A DNA stretch of 33,263 nt from the NCBI RefSeq assembly GCF_004010195.1, contig NW_025213461.1, positions 1 to 33,263 on the forward strand, written 5' to 3'. The translations under genes were made by a program, and so were the position numbers. The notes beneath the pieces were generated by a model. It was not told where the DNA came from and ran no database searches. It was given only the letters and a program-made list of their open reading frames with translations. Numbering within the stretch: position 1 is the stretch's first letter; every line of letters begins with the position of its first letter. The DNA comes from Chiloscyllium plagiosum. Its lineage: Eukaryota. Below, in pieces: positions 1 to 12,096 of the stretch.

Positions 1-2175
1 TAGGTGTATACCACTGGGCAAGAGTTACAGCTGCAGGAAAGGCAATTATGAGGTGATTAGGCAAGATTTAGGAAGCATAGGATGAAGAAGGAAACTGCAG
101 GGGATAGGCACATTAGAAATGTGGAGCTTATTCAAGGAAAAGCTACTGTGTGTCCTAGATAAGTATGTACCTATCAGGCAGGGAGGAAGCTGTAGAGTGC
201 GAGAGCTGTGATTTATGAAGGAAGTGGTCAAGAGGAAGAAGAAGGCTTATGTTAGGATGAGAGGTGAAGGCTCAGTTAGGGCGCTTGAGGGTTACAAGGT
301 AGCCAGGAAAGACCTAAAGAGAGAACTCAGAAGAGCCAGGAGGAGACATGAGAAGTTGTTGGTGGATAGGATCAGGGTAAACCCTAAGGCTTTCATAGGT
401 ATTTAAGGAATAAAGGAATGACGAAGTAAGATTAGGGCCAATCAAGGATAGTAATGGGAAGTTGTGTGTGGAGTCAGAGGAGATAGGGGAAGCACTAAAT
501 GAATATTTTTCAACAGTATTCACTCTAGAAAATGACAATGTTGTCGAGGAGAATACTGAGATACAGGCTACTAGATTGGGGGTGTGATTGAGGTTCACAA
601 GGAGGAGGTATTAGAAATCCTGCAGAGTGTAAAAATAGATAAGTCCCCTGGGCTGGATGGGATTTATCCTAGGATCCTTTGGGAAGCCAGGGAGGAGATT
701 ACCAAGCCTTTGGCATTGATCTTTAAATCGTCATTGTCTACAGGAATAGTGCCAGAAGACTGGAGGATAGCAAATGTGGTTCCCTTGTTCAAGAAGGGGA
801 GTAGAGACAACCCTAGTAATTATAGACCAGTGAGCCTCACTTCAGTTGTTGGTAAAGTGTTGGAAAAGGTTATAAGAGATAGGATTTATAATTATCTCAA
901 AAATAATATTTGATTAGGGATAGTCAGCATGGTTATGTGAGGGGTAGGTCGTGCCTTCACAAACTTTTTTGAGTTCTTTGAGAAGGTGACCAAACAGGTA
1001 GATGAGAGTAAACCGGTTGATGTGGTGTATATGGATTTCAGCAAGGCGTTCGATAAGGTTCCACACAGTAGGCTACTGTACAAAATGAGGAGGAATGTGA
1101 TTATGGGCGATATAGCAGTTTGGATCAGTAATTGGCTTGCTGAAAGAAGACAGAGGGTGGCGGTTGATGGTAAATGTTCATCCTGGAATCCAGTTACTAG
1201 TGATGTACCGCAAGGGTCGGTGTTGGGTCCACTATAAACAACCTGGATGAGAGTGTAGAACGGTTAGTAAATTTGCAGACGACACTAAGGTCGGTGGAGT
1301 TGTGGATAGTGACGAAGGATGTAGTATGTTACAGAGAGACATAGATAAACTGCAGAGCTGGGCTGAGAGGTGGCAAATGGAGTTTAATGCAGACAAGTGT
1401 GAGGTGATTCACTTTGGTCGGAGTAACCGGAATGCAAAGTACTGGGCTAATGGTAAGATTCTTGGTAGTGTAGATGAGCAGAGAGATCTCGGTATCCAGG
1501 TACACAGATCCTTGAAAGTTGCCACCCAGGTTGACGGGGTTGTTAAGAAGGCATACAGTGTTTTAGCTTTTATTAAAAGAGGGATCAAGTTCCGGAACCA
1601 TGAGGTTATGCTACAGCTGTACAAAACTCTGGTGCGGCCGCACTTGGAGTATTGTGTACAGTTCTGGTCACCGCATTATAAGAAGGATGTGGAAGCTTTG
1701 GAAAGGGTGCAGAGGAGATTTATTAGGATGTTGCCTGGTATGGAGGGAAGGTCTTATGAGAAAAGGCTGAGGGACTTGAAGTTGTTTTCGTTAGAGAGAA
1801 GAAGGTTGAGAGGTGACTTAATAGAGTCATATAAGATAATCAGAGGGTTAGATAGGGTGCACAGGGAGAGCCTTTTTCCAAAACTGGTGACGGCCAGCAC
1901 GAGGGGGCATAGCTTTAAATTGAGGGGTGATAGGTATAGGACAGATGTCAGAGGTAGTTTCTTTACTCAGAGAGTAGTAAGGGTATGGAATGCTTTGCCT
2001 GAATGGTAGTAGATTCGCCAACTTTAAGTATATTTGAGTCGTCATTGGACAAGCATATGGACGCACATGGGATAGTGTAAGTTAGATGGGCTTCAGCTTG
2101 GTATGACAGGTCGGCGCAACATCGAGGGCCGAAGGGCCTGTACTGTGCTGTAATGTTCTATGTTCTATGTTCTAT
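1..2175 (+). mobile_element. CR1 LINE, ORF2 (RT) and 3' UTR, frameshifted; 5' part lies outside the window
   Basis: ORF pieces KSPGLDGIYPRIL, NYRPVSLTSVVGK, YMDFSKAFDKVPH, VPQGSVLGP; FADD at 1272-1283; LVRPHLEYCVQFWSP; 3' tail (ATGTTCT)x3 at 2153-2175. Confidence 0.96.
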
Positions 2176-2177
2176 AA

Positions 2178-2265
2178 TACTGAAGAATTTTAGCTGGTCT
2201 GGTAGCATTTGTGGAGAAAGAAATAGAGTTAATGTTTCAAGTTCAATATGATTCGTCTTCAAACC
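2178..2265 (-). mobile_element. Old Penelope-type terminal fragment with a degenerate hammerhead motif
   Basis: Reverse complement reads TTGAAGA-CGAATCATATTGAACTT-GAAACATTAACTCT, resembling copies at 14840-14940 and 29245-29400. Confidence 0.55.
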
Positions 2266-3634
2266 TGCCAATTTGGGTTAAAACATCTCTGTTAATGGGA
2301 ATGCATTGCTGACATCTTGTCCAAAGATATTGTGTGATATAGAAGATAAGCAAACAGATGTTCGCACCAAGTGAAGCATAATGGATTTTGATCACTTTCT
2401 TTTAAACAACCCAGCTCTGGAGTCACATTATCTAGGGTTCCTTTGCATTGGGTGATGAGAATGTTCATATAACTGTCAAGTGTAGCATTTCAGAAAAATT
2501 CTGAGCTTGTTTATCTCCCGGTGATTGCTGAGAAATAGTCAATGTGCCACTTTGGGTTCAATAGCAGCCATTTAAAATCCAGTAAAAGTCAACTTTAAAA
2601 AAGGAAAATGAAACAGGATAGATTGAATATATTTTTTAAAACTGTCTATCCTTTCCTACCTTCTGAGCATGATGGGAGCATATTCCATTTTTTTTTATTC
2701 TATGTGCGATGAAAAGGAATTTAAAAAAACCATAATCTGTTGAGAGACTAACAGTTCAGGAATAGTTCATTGCATAATTAGGACAACTGATAGCAAAAAC
2801 ATAAGATTTACAAAATCCATGAGAGATGGCTCTGAGAAGAGGCTGCATGATCTAGAGAACAGGAATTGACGTTGCCATAGTGAAGCAACCAGGTACATAT
2901 ATAAACTATGAAGAAGTTTTCATAAAAATATCTGAAAAAGTGTAGTTAGTTGAACTTTTGCATTCATCCTCAAGGCCACTCATAAGTTTGATATACTTTT
3001 TTGGTAACGTTCTCAGAATATGTTATTAAATACAAATGATTTCATTTGAAATACAGTACAGTAAGACATAAATTAGTTAATTTCACCTCATCAAAAGCCA
3101 TCAGGGATGGACTCCGAACAGGAATTTGTTAATTAACTTCACTAAATTAATGTGTTTACAGTAGCATAATTAATACTTTCAAAAGACTAAGGAGTATAGG
3201 CCAACATCAGGATGAATAATCTGAAGGCAAAAAATGGCTGATAACATGGTCACGATGTTTGCGCAAATGAAGTTAATGACATCAGCTCGCCATGTCAGGC
3301 TTTAGGATTCATCCATGCCTGCAGTGCTGAAGTCAACACATTTTATTCACAGTGACGCAGCTCATGCTCCCAGCCTGTCCCACTTTCATTTCATGTGATC
3401 AACCAAACTCGAATCAATAGGTGATCTAATTGATTTAATTATCTCTGGATCCGCTTCATTCGTCTAGCGGAATGAGTGTTACCACAGTACAGGAAGAAAA
3501 GTACGCATATGTTGAAATGAAATTACATATCCATGCTGAACAGGCGGATGTGTGACATCTCAACAGAGTGCCACTCTATCATTGGGTAGTGGCCTCACAC
3601 TACAACGCTCTGTCCCTGTACGTGCACGCTCTTT

Positions 3635-3650
3635 GCTCCACCTGCTGGCA
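3635..3650 (-). promoter_or_regulatory. CTCF-like motif
   Basis: Minus strand TGCCAGCAGGTGGAGC closely matches the CTCF core CCASYAGRKGGCRS, in repeat-free sequence. Confidence 0.55.
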
Positions 3651-4002
3651 GAAGTCACAAAAAGGTGCAGCGTACAGATATAGTTAACTGAAAATATGTT
3701 CGAAACTTTGCTGGAATCAACTGAGGTCTGCTTCACATAGGATAAAATTACACACAGTGCCCAAAATTAATGTAACATCCGCCATGATATTTTAAAACTG
3801 GAATCTTTCTATTGTTGACAGGTTAACAGCTTTGATTAAAAAGTACATATAGTCAATTTACAGCATGTTGCAGGTTATCACTGCTAAAGCTACTGGATTA
3901 TATACTGCTTTTTTTTGGCAACCGTTGCATTTCTAAAATAACTTTAATGGAGTTAAGCGAGTCTCTTCCAATAGAATGCTAGCCGAGATTTTGTGGAGGT
4001 AC

Positions 4003-4019
4003 TGATGATGATGATGATG
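4003..4019. repeat. (TGA)n microsatellite
   Basis: TGATGATGATGATGATG. Confidence 0.8.
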
Positions 4020-4036
4020 GAATTGATCACGCTCAC

Positions 4037-4077
4037 CTTCATTCCTCTACTGAAACTGGCAGTAATGTCTGGATTCT
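4037..4077 (-). other. Candidate 41-nt internal exon (one open frame, xNPDITASFSRGMK)
   Basis: Minus strand T-rich tract ...TTTTATGTTTTTTTTTGTGAAAGTAG | exon | AAG^GTGAGC donor. Confidence 0.4.
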
Positions 4078-4524
4078 CTACTTTCACAAAAAAAACATAA
4101 AATACAAATGTAGCTGTCAGTGGTTCTTAACTTGTACAGGGAGTTCTGCACTGGTGAGGTTCTGCAAAGAGCAAACTCTAACAATCAATAAATTGATGCT
4201 TTCTTCCAATTTACACTGTTTGCCACATTGTAAAAACCTTTGAACAAGCTATACTTTGTTGAATGAGGTGTAACTGAGTCCTCAGCAACTTACTACGTTT
4301 ATGAAAGCTAATTTTGTAATTGTGGAATGTCACTTTACTCCATAATCATATAAACATTTGTATAGTCCTAAAATAGGAATATTAATATGTTTTTAGCTTC
4401 TATCCAAATAATATCATAATTTATTTGGTGATTGGAAAATTTATATTAAAAATAAAGGATGATGTGCTTTTTTATTCTCTGAGAGAATACCTCAATGGGA
4501 TTGACTGGTCACTATTTTAGGAGA

Positions 4525-6185
4525 TCTGGACATCACTGGCAAGGTTAACATTTATTGTCCACCCCAAATTTCCCTTGCTGAGCCACCTTTTTGAACTGCT
4601 GCAGTCCATATTGTGTAGTTTATTATATTGTTGCATCAAGGAAGTTGCATGATTTTGACCAAATGCCACTAAAGGAACATCTATTTAGTTCCAAGTCAAG
4701 TTGATGTGTGGCCTGGAGGGGAATATGCAGGCAGTGGTGTTGTTATATTTCTGTTGCCCATGTTCTTCAAGATGGTATAGTTTATTGGTTTGCAAGTTGC
4801 TGTCATAGGAGCCTGGGCAAATTCCTGCTGTGCATCTTGACAATGGTATCGAGTGATGTCGCTATGAATCAGTGATGGTAATGTTTATGGTTTCAGTTAG
4901 AGAGCCAATCAAATAGCTGTTTGACCTGGATGATGTCAATCTTCTTGGATGTTGGTGGAGCTGCACTCATCCATGTAAATAAAGAGTGTTCAGTCACATT
5001 TTTGATTTGTGCCTTATAAATAGTGAACAGTCTTTGGCAAGACTTCAAGCCTCAAGCCTGCTGTTGCAAGTATGACATTAATGTGGCTGGTCTAGTTACA
5101 TTTCTGGTCAATGGTGTTATGAAGATGTGGGGGTACTGTACCTTTAAGAGAGTTAAAAGCTAGCACTAAGTGTTCTGAATAAGGTCACAATGTAACACTG
5201 GGTCGAACGCTAGGATAGCTGGTTGCCTGGAGATAAGAGCAGATTTGAATTAGGCCAATAAGGTTAAGTTATACCCCCCAAAAATACCAAATTCCAAACA
5301 AGTTTGAATTTAGTATATTGACAACCTTAAAAACCAGTGACACATCCAATGCTTTGGGGATATAAGACCAGAAAAAGTTGAACAGTTGGGAGGAGAACTG
5401 CCATTCCTTCAGCATTCGAGACTGCCCAAAAAACAGCTCTCTTAAAAGTACCTTTATCAATCAGTAACCTGTGAAGCAGAAATCCCTAAGAAGAAGAAAA
5501 GAAGATTTGACATCTGGCGGTTTTTTTTCAAAAGTTGAATTTTGGTAAATCTTAATCAAGGGAGTTTTATCGGACTACTATTCTAGAAGGGAAAGTGAAA
5601 GGTAGGTTAGAGGAAGGAGTTGTAAATAGCTGTTAGTTAACTATTCTGTGTTATACTTTAAGAAATAGAGTTATTACTTTTACTTTTGTTCTTGGCCTCT
5701 TGAATTTTCACAGATTACTGCACAGGATAAATATTTTCTGCGTTGCTGGTTTAATTTAAACAGGAGAGTTTACCTATGTCGTAACAATGGTAACCACTGG
5801 ATTTGACGCCAGGAAATTCAGTGATGCTAATGCATTGAAGGGCAAGCAGAGGTGGTTAGACTCTCCGTAGTTGGAGATGATAATTATAAATGTCTGGAAT
5901 GAGTTTTGCATGACACATATCAGCCAAAGATGAAATCTGGATTGGCCTCATTTCAGTAAGTGTTATGAATAGTGCTAGATATTCCTCCATACCCTATGCT
6001 GTATCCAGTACCTTCAACCATTACTTAAGTGAATCAAATAGGATAAAGACTAGCATCTGTGATACTGGGGCCCTCAGGGGCAAGCCGAGATGTACCGTCC
6101 ACTTGGCATTCTGACTGAAGATGCTTGCCTACATCATCACTGTTGAGAAGCTTGAATCTCCACATGGCTTAGCCAGATTCAAACA
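4525..6185 (-). mobile_element. Old CR1-like LINE 3' part, interrupted by a solo LTR
   Basis: 3' end reads GACAATAAATGTTAACCTTGCCAGTGATGTCC on the minus strand; TTTCTGGTCAATGG|TAACC joins across the LTR; similar to 19660-20500. Confidence 0.75.
5115..5786. mobile_element. Solo LTR (672 bp)
   Basis: Termini TGTTATGA...TCGTAACA (imperfect inverted, TG..CA) flanked by 4-bp TSD ATGG (5111-5114, 5787-5790). Confidence 0.9.
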
Positions 6186-6719
6186 ACTGTTAGGAATCTG
6201 ACAGAGATCATCAGGTCTTCATGTATAACCTTCTGTAAGCCCATTGGTGGGTGCTGCTCCTTCATTGGTGAATGTAAAATTTAGCCCTTTGTCTCAATTG
6301 TGTTTATCTCATGCTAATCAGTCTAATCATGTAAACACATACTATTTCAATACTTGTTAGCATCTAAATTTGTTAATAGGATACTCAATACCTTGGAATT
6401 AAATGCAACAAGAAAAACATGTGTTGGGGACCTGTTTGAAATTGGATGAAAATGTATTTAAAAAAACAGCCATCCAAGAGAAGAGATGTGTGGATTTGAA
6501 TGTTATGGTAAGCACTGCATGGAGAAATGAAGACTTTCTTCCAAAGTACATTGTCTTTGTATATGCTCCACAAATAAGCTCAAGTAATGCTTAACAATAC
6601 TATCATTATCTCCAATTCGGGTGGCTCTGTTCTCAAAAAAAAGTGTTCAGATCATGGAGCAAAGGGTTAACTAAACGATTACTCTAAACATGCGTTAGGA
6701 GCTATTTCATGATGATGTC

Positions 6720-8700
6720 AGGTCCAATGGATTGAGACCTGATGGAACAAGCTGCTGGAGAAGCCCTGTTCTAACTTGCTTATGTATGAAAATTTTGGTG
6801 ATAAAGGTTAATAGTTTGCACCAGCCTTCTCTTCAGGCTTCATCAGTCTTAAGCTCCTAATGATGTTCCTATATGGTGACCAGACCCAGAAAAGTGGTGG
6901 TAAGTAACAAGAAAAAGACGTGAAGAGAAATCCAGTCACACCAGAGAGTAGCAGATGAAGGACTTTAAGGGCAGGCTAGAAACCTGCGAACAAAACTATC
7001 AGGACAGTCCAGCGACTAGCACAGACAGCACCAAGTGAAACATTGCCTTCAACTCAGGTGAGCAATGAATTCTGCCCTACCTCTCCCAACAGCTTTCTGG
7101 AATGCAAAATTCACCAGGCAGGCTGAGCAAATGTAGAGTGAGTGTAAGTCCTTTCATGCCACTCTTCTTGGAGGGTGCCGAATTGAAAGTGCACCATATC
7201 AGCAACAAGGAAAGTACACAGAAATGGTGCCAACTGATATTTCACAATATCTCCGGAAAGTGGTTTATATTAGGAAGAAGGCCTCCATTGAAAGCCATAG
7301 CTGAAATAACAATTGTTAATATGAGAGGAGAGGTCATTTAAAAATGCTAACATTTACAAGACACATGAAAGATAACTTTAATAGAAACCTTTCACAAGAA
7401 ATCACTTTTCCTACTGAAGTCACGGGCAATGAAGATCATCATTGGAGAGTAAACATCACTGTAAATGCATATCACACAGACTTTAAATTGGACACAAGTG
7501 CAGGAGTTAGTGTTTTGGCTGATGGACTTAAATGACTGCAAAACATTACACCGCAGTCTTCATCTAATACATTGCAAGACCCCGAAGGAATTAACCTCAA
7601 CATTAAAGGTCAGATTCAGGCAATATTAGGACACAAAGGCACAGAAATGTCAGAAACATTGTATATTATCCATAACCAATCATGTTCATAACAAAGTAGG
7701 AAAGCATGGATGGGTCTCAACTTTATCGTTAAAGTAGACGATGTCACCAACAAGGAGGAGTTTGAACAATAGTTTCCAAAATTCTCAAAGGCCTAGGACC
7801 ATTTCACATTGAAAGCAGTTGCCCAACTCAGCTGCATGCTTGTGTTCAGGAAGGTCCCATTGCACTTCTTAAAAGGGGAAGGATTGAGACCATGCTCCAT
7901 GGGAAGCTATTTCACTACTCACTGAACTGACCATTTAGGATTCTACCATGGTGCCAGTTCCCAGACAAAATAGACCAATTAGAATTTGTACTGATTTAAC
8001 ACGTTTAATAAGGTGATATCACAAAAGAAATACACCAAATGGTGAGTAAAGACAATAGCCCAGCTAAACTTGCAAATAGCATAATCTTCACCAAGATGGT
8101 TGAAAACAGTGAGTCTGGGCAACTTTGATGAAGTGAGGAGTCCAAATTTCTAGTCATTGCATGTTCGTAACATTGTCTGAATATTATTGCCTACATTTTG
8201 GAATTGCATCCCCACCTGAGACTTTCCTGTGGATGAGGTCCATCGTATTTGAAGGTATGGAAGGTATGCTATATTGATGACATTTGCAGCTACAGATCCA
8301 CTGAAGAACAAAATGAAAAAATATAGTGGAATTCTTGGAACCATTATGAGTGCTGCATTGACACTCAATGACAAGTGAGAAATTTCAAAGTACGGATGTC
8401 ACAGCAGACCCGAAAAGTCAAAAAACATTCAGGAATTACCACCTACCAGAACACTAAATATTTATGTATATTGGTGAATCAGGTGGGATCAATGAAATGT
8501 TCATGTCATCAGATGTCCAAGCACATTATATTCCCAAACTTCAAACTATTATAGCAGCAGAGATGTCATTCAGAGAATGGGGTAAGCCTATTCCTGATCC
8601 AGCGTCATGGGGTAAGAAGACTGGTTTATTGGAGTTCTCACTGAAACCAGACATCAATATGCTATAATAGAGAAGGAAGAGGCAGGAAGTCTACAAATTG
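6720..8700 (+). mobile_element. Degenerate Gypsy LTR retrotransposon (putative 5' LTR remnant, PBS, protease, RT)
   Basis: PBS-like TGGTGACCAGAC at 6874; protease WRVNITVN..FKLDTSAGVSV; RT MVPVPRQNRPIRICTDLTRL, FGIASPPETF, CYIDDI (8267-8284), LTLNDK*E; many stops and frameshifts. Confidence 0.9.
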
Positions 8701-9191
8701 CGCTAAGTTGTAGACTAATAAAAATTCCTCTGATTGCTGATGCAGTTATGTTCATTCATATTCTATAATCTTACTGTTCATCTGAACTTTTCCCAGATGC
8801 TCACTTAAGTTGGAATGTGAGACTTGGAAGTCTAAGACACCACAATATTTTTTTGGAACATATATACTGAATGCAACTTGGAGTGCTATAACTTGAATAC
8901 CCAAGGAAGTTGTTTTGCAACATGAAAATGAAGTGTTGTGAATCCAATGTTTTTTTGGAATCAGTAAAAGGGAAAATTTGAAACCGAGCTGCACAGAGAA
9001 TCTTTCAAATAAAGGAAATATTGTCTGGTTGGGCTGCTGGGTATTAAACGGCTATATGTGCCATGAGCTGCAGAGGTGCGTGTGTGTGTTTGTGTCTGTG
9101 TGCATGCAAAGACAGACAATCAAAGAAAGCACACCAGGAATGATCTAAGTTTACATAACCAATCATGGGATTGAAGGATGATCATCACATT

Positions 9192-9497
9192 ATATACAAT
9201 ATACAATCCCTACAGGGCAGCAAGAGGCTGTTCAGCCCATGAAATCTGCACCAACCCTCCAAAGAAAATCCCACCCAACCCCAACCTCCTCCCCTATCCC
9301 TGTAACCGTGCATTTCCCATGGTTAAAGTCTCAACCTGCACATCTTTGGACTGTGGGAGAAGCACCCAGTGAAACCCCACACAGATACAGGGAGAATATA
9401 CAAATTCCACATAGATAATCACCCAAGGCTGGAATCATACCCAGATCCCAGACACTGTGAGGCAGCAGTACTAACCACTGAGTCACCATGCCACCCC
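9192..9497 (-). mobile_element. HE1-type V-SINE
   Basis: tRNA-like head (GGTGACTCAGTGGTTAGTACTGCTGCCTCACAG), V-domain CCCACAGTCCAAAGATGTGCAGG, CR1-like tail. Confidence 0.9.
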
Positions 9498-10091
9498 AAA
9501 GGCAAATCATAATTGCAAAAATCAAAAGGAATGAGAGAATAAAAAAGCTTTACAGCCTGTGATCTTGGTTTTTGACTTTTCGAATTTTATTTACTATGTC
9601 CATATTCTCTCAGTGTCTGTATTAAATCTCTTTTTTTGTCTTTTTTAATTGTAATTTAATGCCTGTGTGGAGTTGGGGTTTTGAAAGGGTACAGTTTAAT
9701 TTGTGTAAATTGGAAATGGTTTCTTTTCACTGGTCTTAATAAAGTTAGGTGTATTACAGTGAATAGAGTATTTTTCTGTTACTGGAGAAAATCTGGTGTG
9801 AATTGCTTTTGTTCTGAGTAGCAGTCAGTCAGGCAAATTGGTTATTTTGGTGGTCTCATTGAGATTTTATTCATTTATCCATTTTTTGACAATTAGTGGA
9901 ACAGTGCTATGTGATTAATGATGCACTGTTCCCAGTTAATTCTTGACAAAGGTCATTGATTTATTTTATTACCTTATGAATTAGCTGCTGCAAACATTTG
10001 ATTTTTCTAAGAAACTTGTCCTTTTTAGTCACTGGGATTTCCTTTTCCATACCTTGTCTTTGCGATGTACACTTAGAATTTAATTGCTCAT

Positions 10092-10330
10092 TCATAGACC
10101 AGGGAACAGTACAACACAGGAGCAGGCCCTTCGGCCCACCATTTCTGTGCTCACCCTGATGCCATTCTAAACTAATCCCATCTGCCTGCACATGGTCCCT
10201 TTTCTACTATTTCCTGCTTGTTCATGTGTCTGTCTAAATGCCTTTTCACCATTGCTATCGTATCTGTTTCCACCACCTCTCTTGGCAGCATATTCTGGGC
10301 ACCTACCATCCTTGCATAAAAAAATTTACA
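10092..10330 (-). mobile_element. CR1 3' end fragment
   Basis: ACAGGAGCAGGCCCTTCGGCCC mirrors the GGGCCGAAGGGCCTGT 3' UTR of the CR1 at 2126-2141. Confidence 0.8.
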
Positions 10331-10339
10331 CTTCTTAAA

Positions 10340-10960
10340 AAATGCGCGAATCCATCTGTGGTCCTAGGGATTGATATTCATCCACAACAAGTAGTTCACA
10401 ACGTAATGAAGTAATGTTAGCTTCCTCTCATGCTACTGAATAAAGATGGATCAAAGCTGTATGAGTGTTTCCTTTCAATGTGGAACAATGAAGATGAGGA
10501 ATCACATAAACTGTAGCCATGATATGTCCCGCATTGGCCTTTACACTCTAACTGGAATAGATCCTGGAACCTGAAGCTGAATATTAAACGGCTGAAGAAG
10601 CGTATACTTCAGCCTTGGCGTGGAATCTGAAAGACCAAACACTGCAGTTTGTTCATAATGAACCCCGTTTCCTCAACATTAACCATGATGTCAGCAAACC
10701 AGGATCCATCTGTTTGTCTGTGAAATCAGAAGACCTAAAGTCTCATATTGGGTCTGTTATATCTGAGTACCAGCAATCCACAAGCAGTGGTTTTGTTACA
10801 TCAAGGTATTGTAAGTCCTGTTCCTCAGCCTTTGGGCCTTTGGTGACTGTAGTGTCTGTTTTCATGCTGTTAAAGTTATTTTGAAATGGCCTGTCTTCAG
10901 GTAATCACGACCCGTATTAATACTGGCCAGACAAACTGCCACTAATGGTGTCCTTCAATG
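10340..10960 (-). mobile_element. Second degenerate Gypsy fragment (Gag zinc knuckle and protease)
   Basis: Minus strand CLASINTGRDYLKTGHF (decayed CPAx4CxxCxKxGHF); WFADIMVN...LLQPFNIQLQVPGSIP/ECKGQ aligns with the 7440-7615 protease. Confidence 0.75.
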
Positions 10961-11017
10961 ACTGCACTCAATTCATTCTTGTGCTTTCTACTGGCAACTT
11001 TCTTTGTGTGCTTCTAC

Positions 11018-11136
11018 AACCAGCTGAAGGAGCTGTGCTCTGAAAGGTAGTGCTTCCAAATAAACCTGTTGGACTATAACGTGGTGTTATGTGATTTTTA
11101 ACTTTGTACATCCCAGTCCAACACTGACACCTCCGA
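11018..11136 (+). mobile_element. Short Penelope-type terminal element (AGCU hammerhead family), core degenerate
   Basis: CAGCTGA-AGGAGCTGTGCTCT-GAAAGGTAGTGCTTCCAAATAAACCTGTTGGACTATAAC; near-identical family member inverted at 19190-19282. Confidence 0.8.
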
Positions 11137-11204
11137 ATCTTTATTTCCCACCTCTGTGTACAGCTGTGTTTTTTTATATAATTGTCTAGTTGCAGTTGCT
11201 AGGC

Positions 11205-11393
11205 GAAAGTGAGGACTGCAGATACTGGAGATCAGAGTCAAGATTAGAGTGGTGCTGGAAAAGCACAGCAGGTCAGGCAGCATCCGAGGAGCAGGAAAAT
11301 CAATATTTTGGGAAAGAGCCCTTCATCCTCATTCCTGATGAAGGACTTTTGCCCAAAACGTCAATTTTCCTGCTCCTCGGATGCTGCTTGATC
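11205..11393. mobile_element. Palindromic non-autonomous Penelope-derived element
   Basis: 57-bp inverted arms 11271-11327 and 11337-11393 (about 9 mismatches), 9-nt loop; CTGATGA-AGGACTTTTGCCC-AAAACGTC. Confidence 0.85.
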
Positions 11394-11777
11394 TCTAGTT
11401 GCTGTTGCTGACTGATTTTCAAGTTTGTCTTACTGTCTACTTCTGGAGGCTCTTTTTTTGTTTGCCTTTTGCTCCCTAAATGCCCTGTGGATTGTCTCCA
11501 GAGTTTGTTAGCCTGCTATCATCTCTTCTTCCATTGTCTGACTGACTGGTGCCATTGCTCTACTGCACTGCAGGTCTTTCCCAGGCACTAATTGCAGACT
11601 GACTGAGCTTGGAGGTTCTCCCCTTCATTTAGGCCTGTGACCCTGAGAAGTGCTGCCTGCCTACCTCTGAGTTTTCTTCCTGAGCCTGCTGCAGGTATTT
11701 TCCTATCTTCTGAACTGTGAAATATGAGCATCATGGCAAGATGGTGAATGAACATGACAAGCAACTGCAAGATGAGA

Positions 11778-12096
11778 ATTAGATTAGATTCCCTACAGTG
11801 TGGAAACAGGCCCTTTGGCCCAACAAGTCCACACCGGCCCTCCGAAGAGTGACCCTCCAAAGAGTAACCCACCCAGTCCCATTTCCATCTGACTAATGCA
11901 CCTAACACTACGGGCAATTTAGCACGGCCAGTTCACCTGACCTGCACATCTTTGGACTGTGGGAGGAAACCCACACACACACACAAGCGGGGAGAATGTG
12001 CAAACTCTACACAGACAGTCGCCCAAGGCTGAAATTGAACCTGGGACCCTGGTACTGTGAGGCAGCAGTACTAATCACTGAGCCATCGTGCTGCCC
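11778..12096 (-). mobile_element. HE1-type V-SINE, full length
   Basis: tRNA-like head, V-domain, tail GGGCCTGTTTCCACACTGTAGGGAATCTAATCTAAT on the minus strand. Confidence 0.93.

Noticed and set aside
1302..2009. 235-aa ORF as a host gene
   Set aside because: It is the C-terminal part of a frameshifted CR1 ORF2
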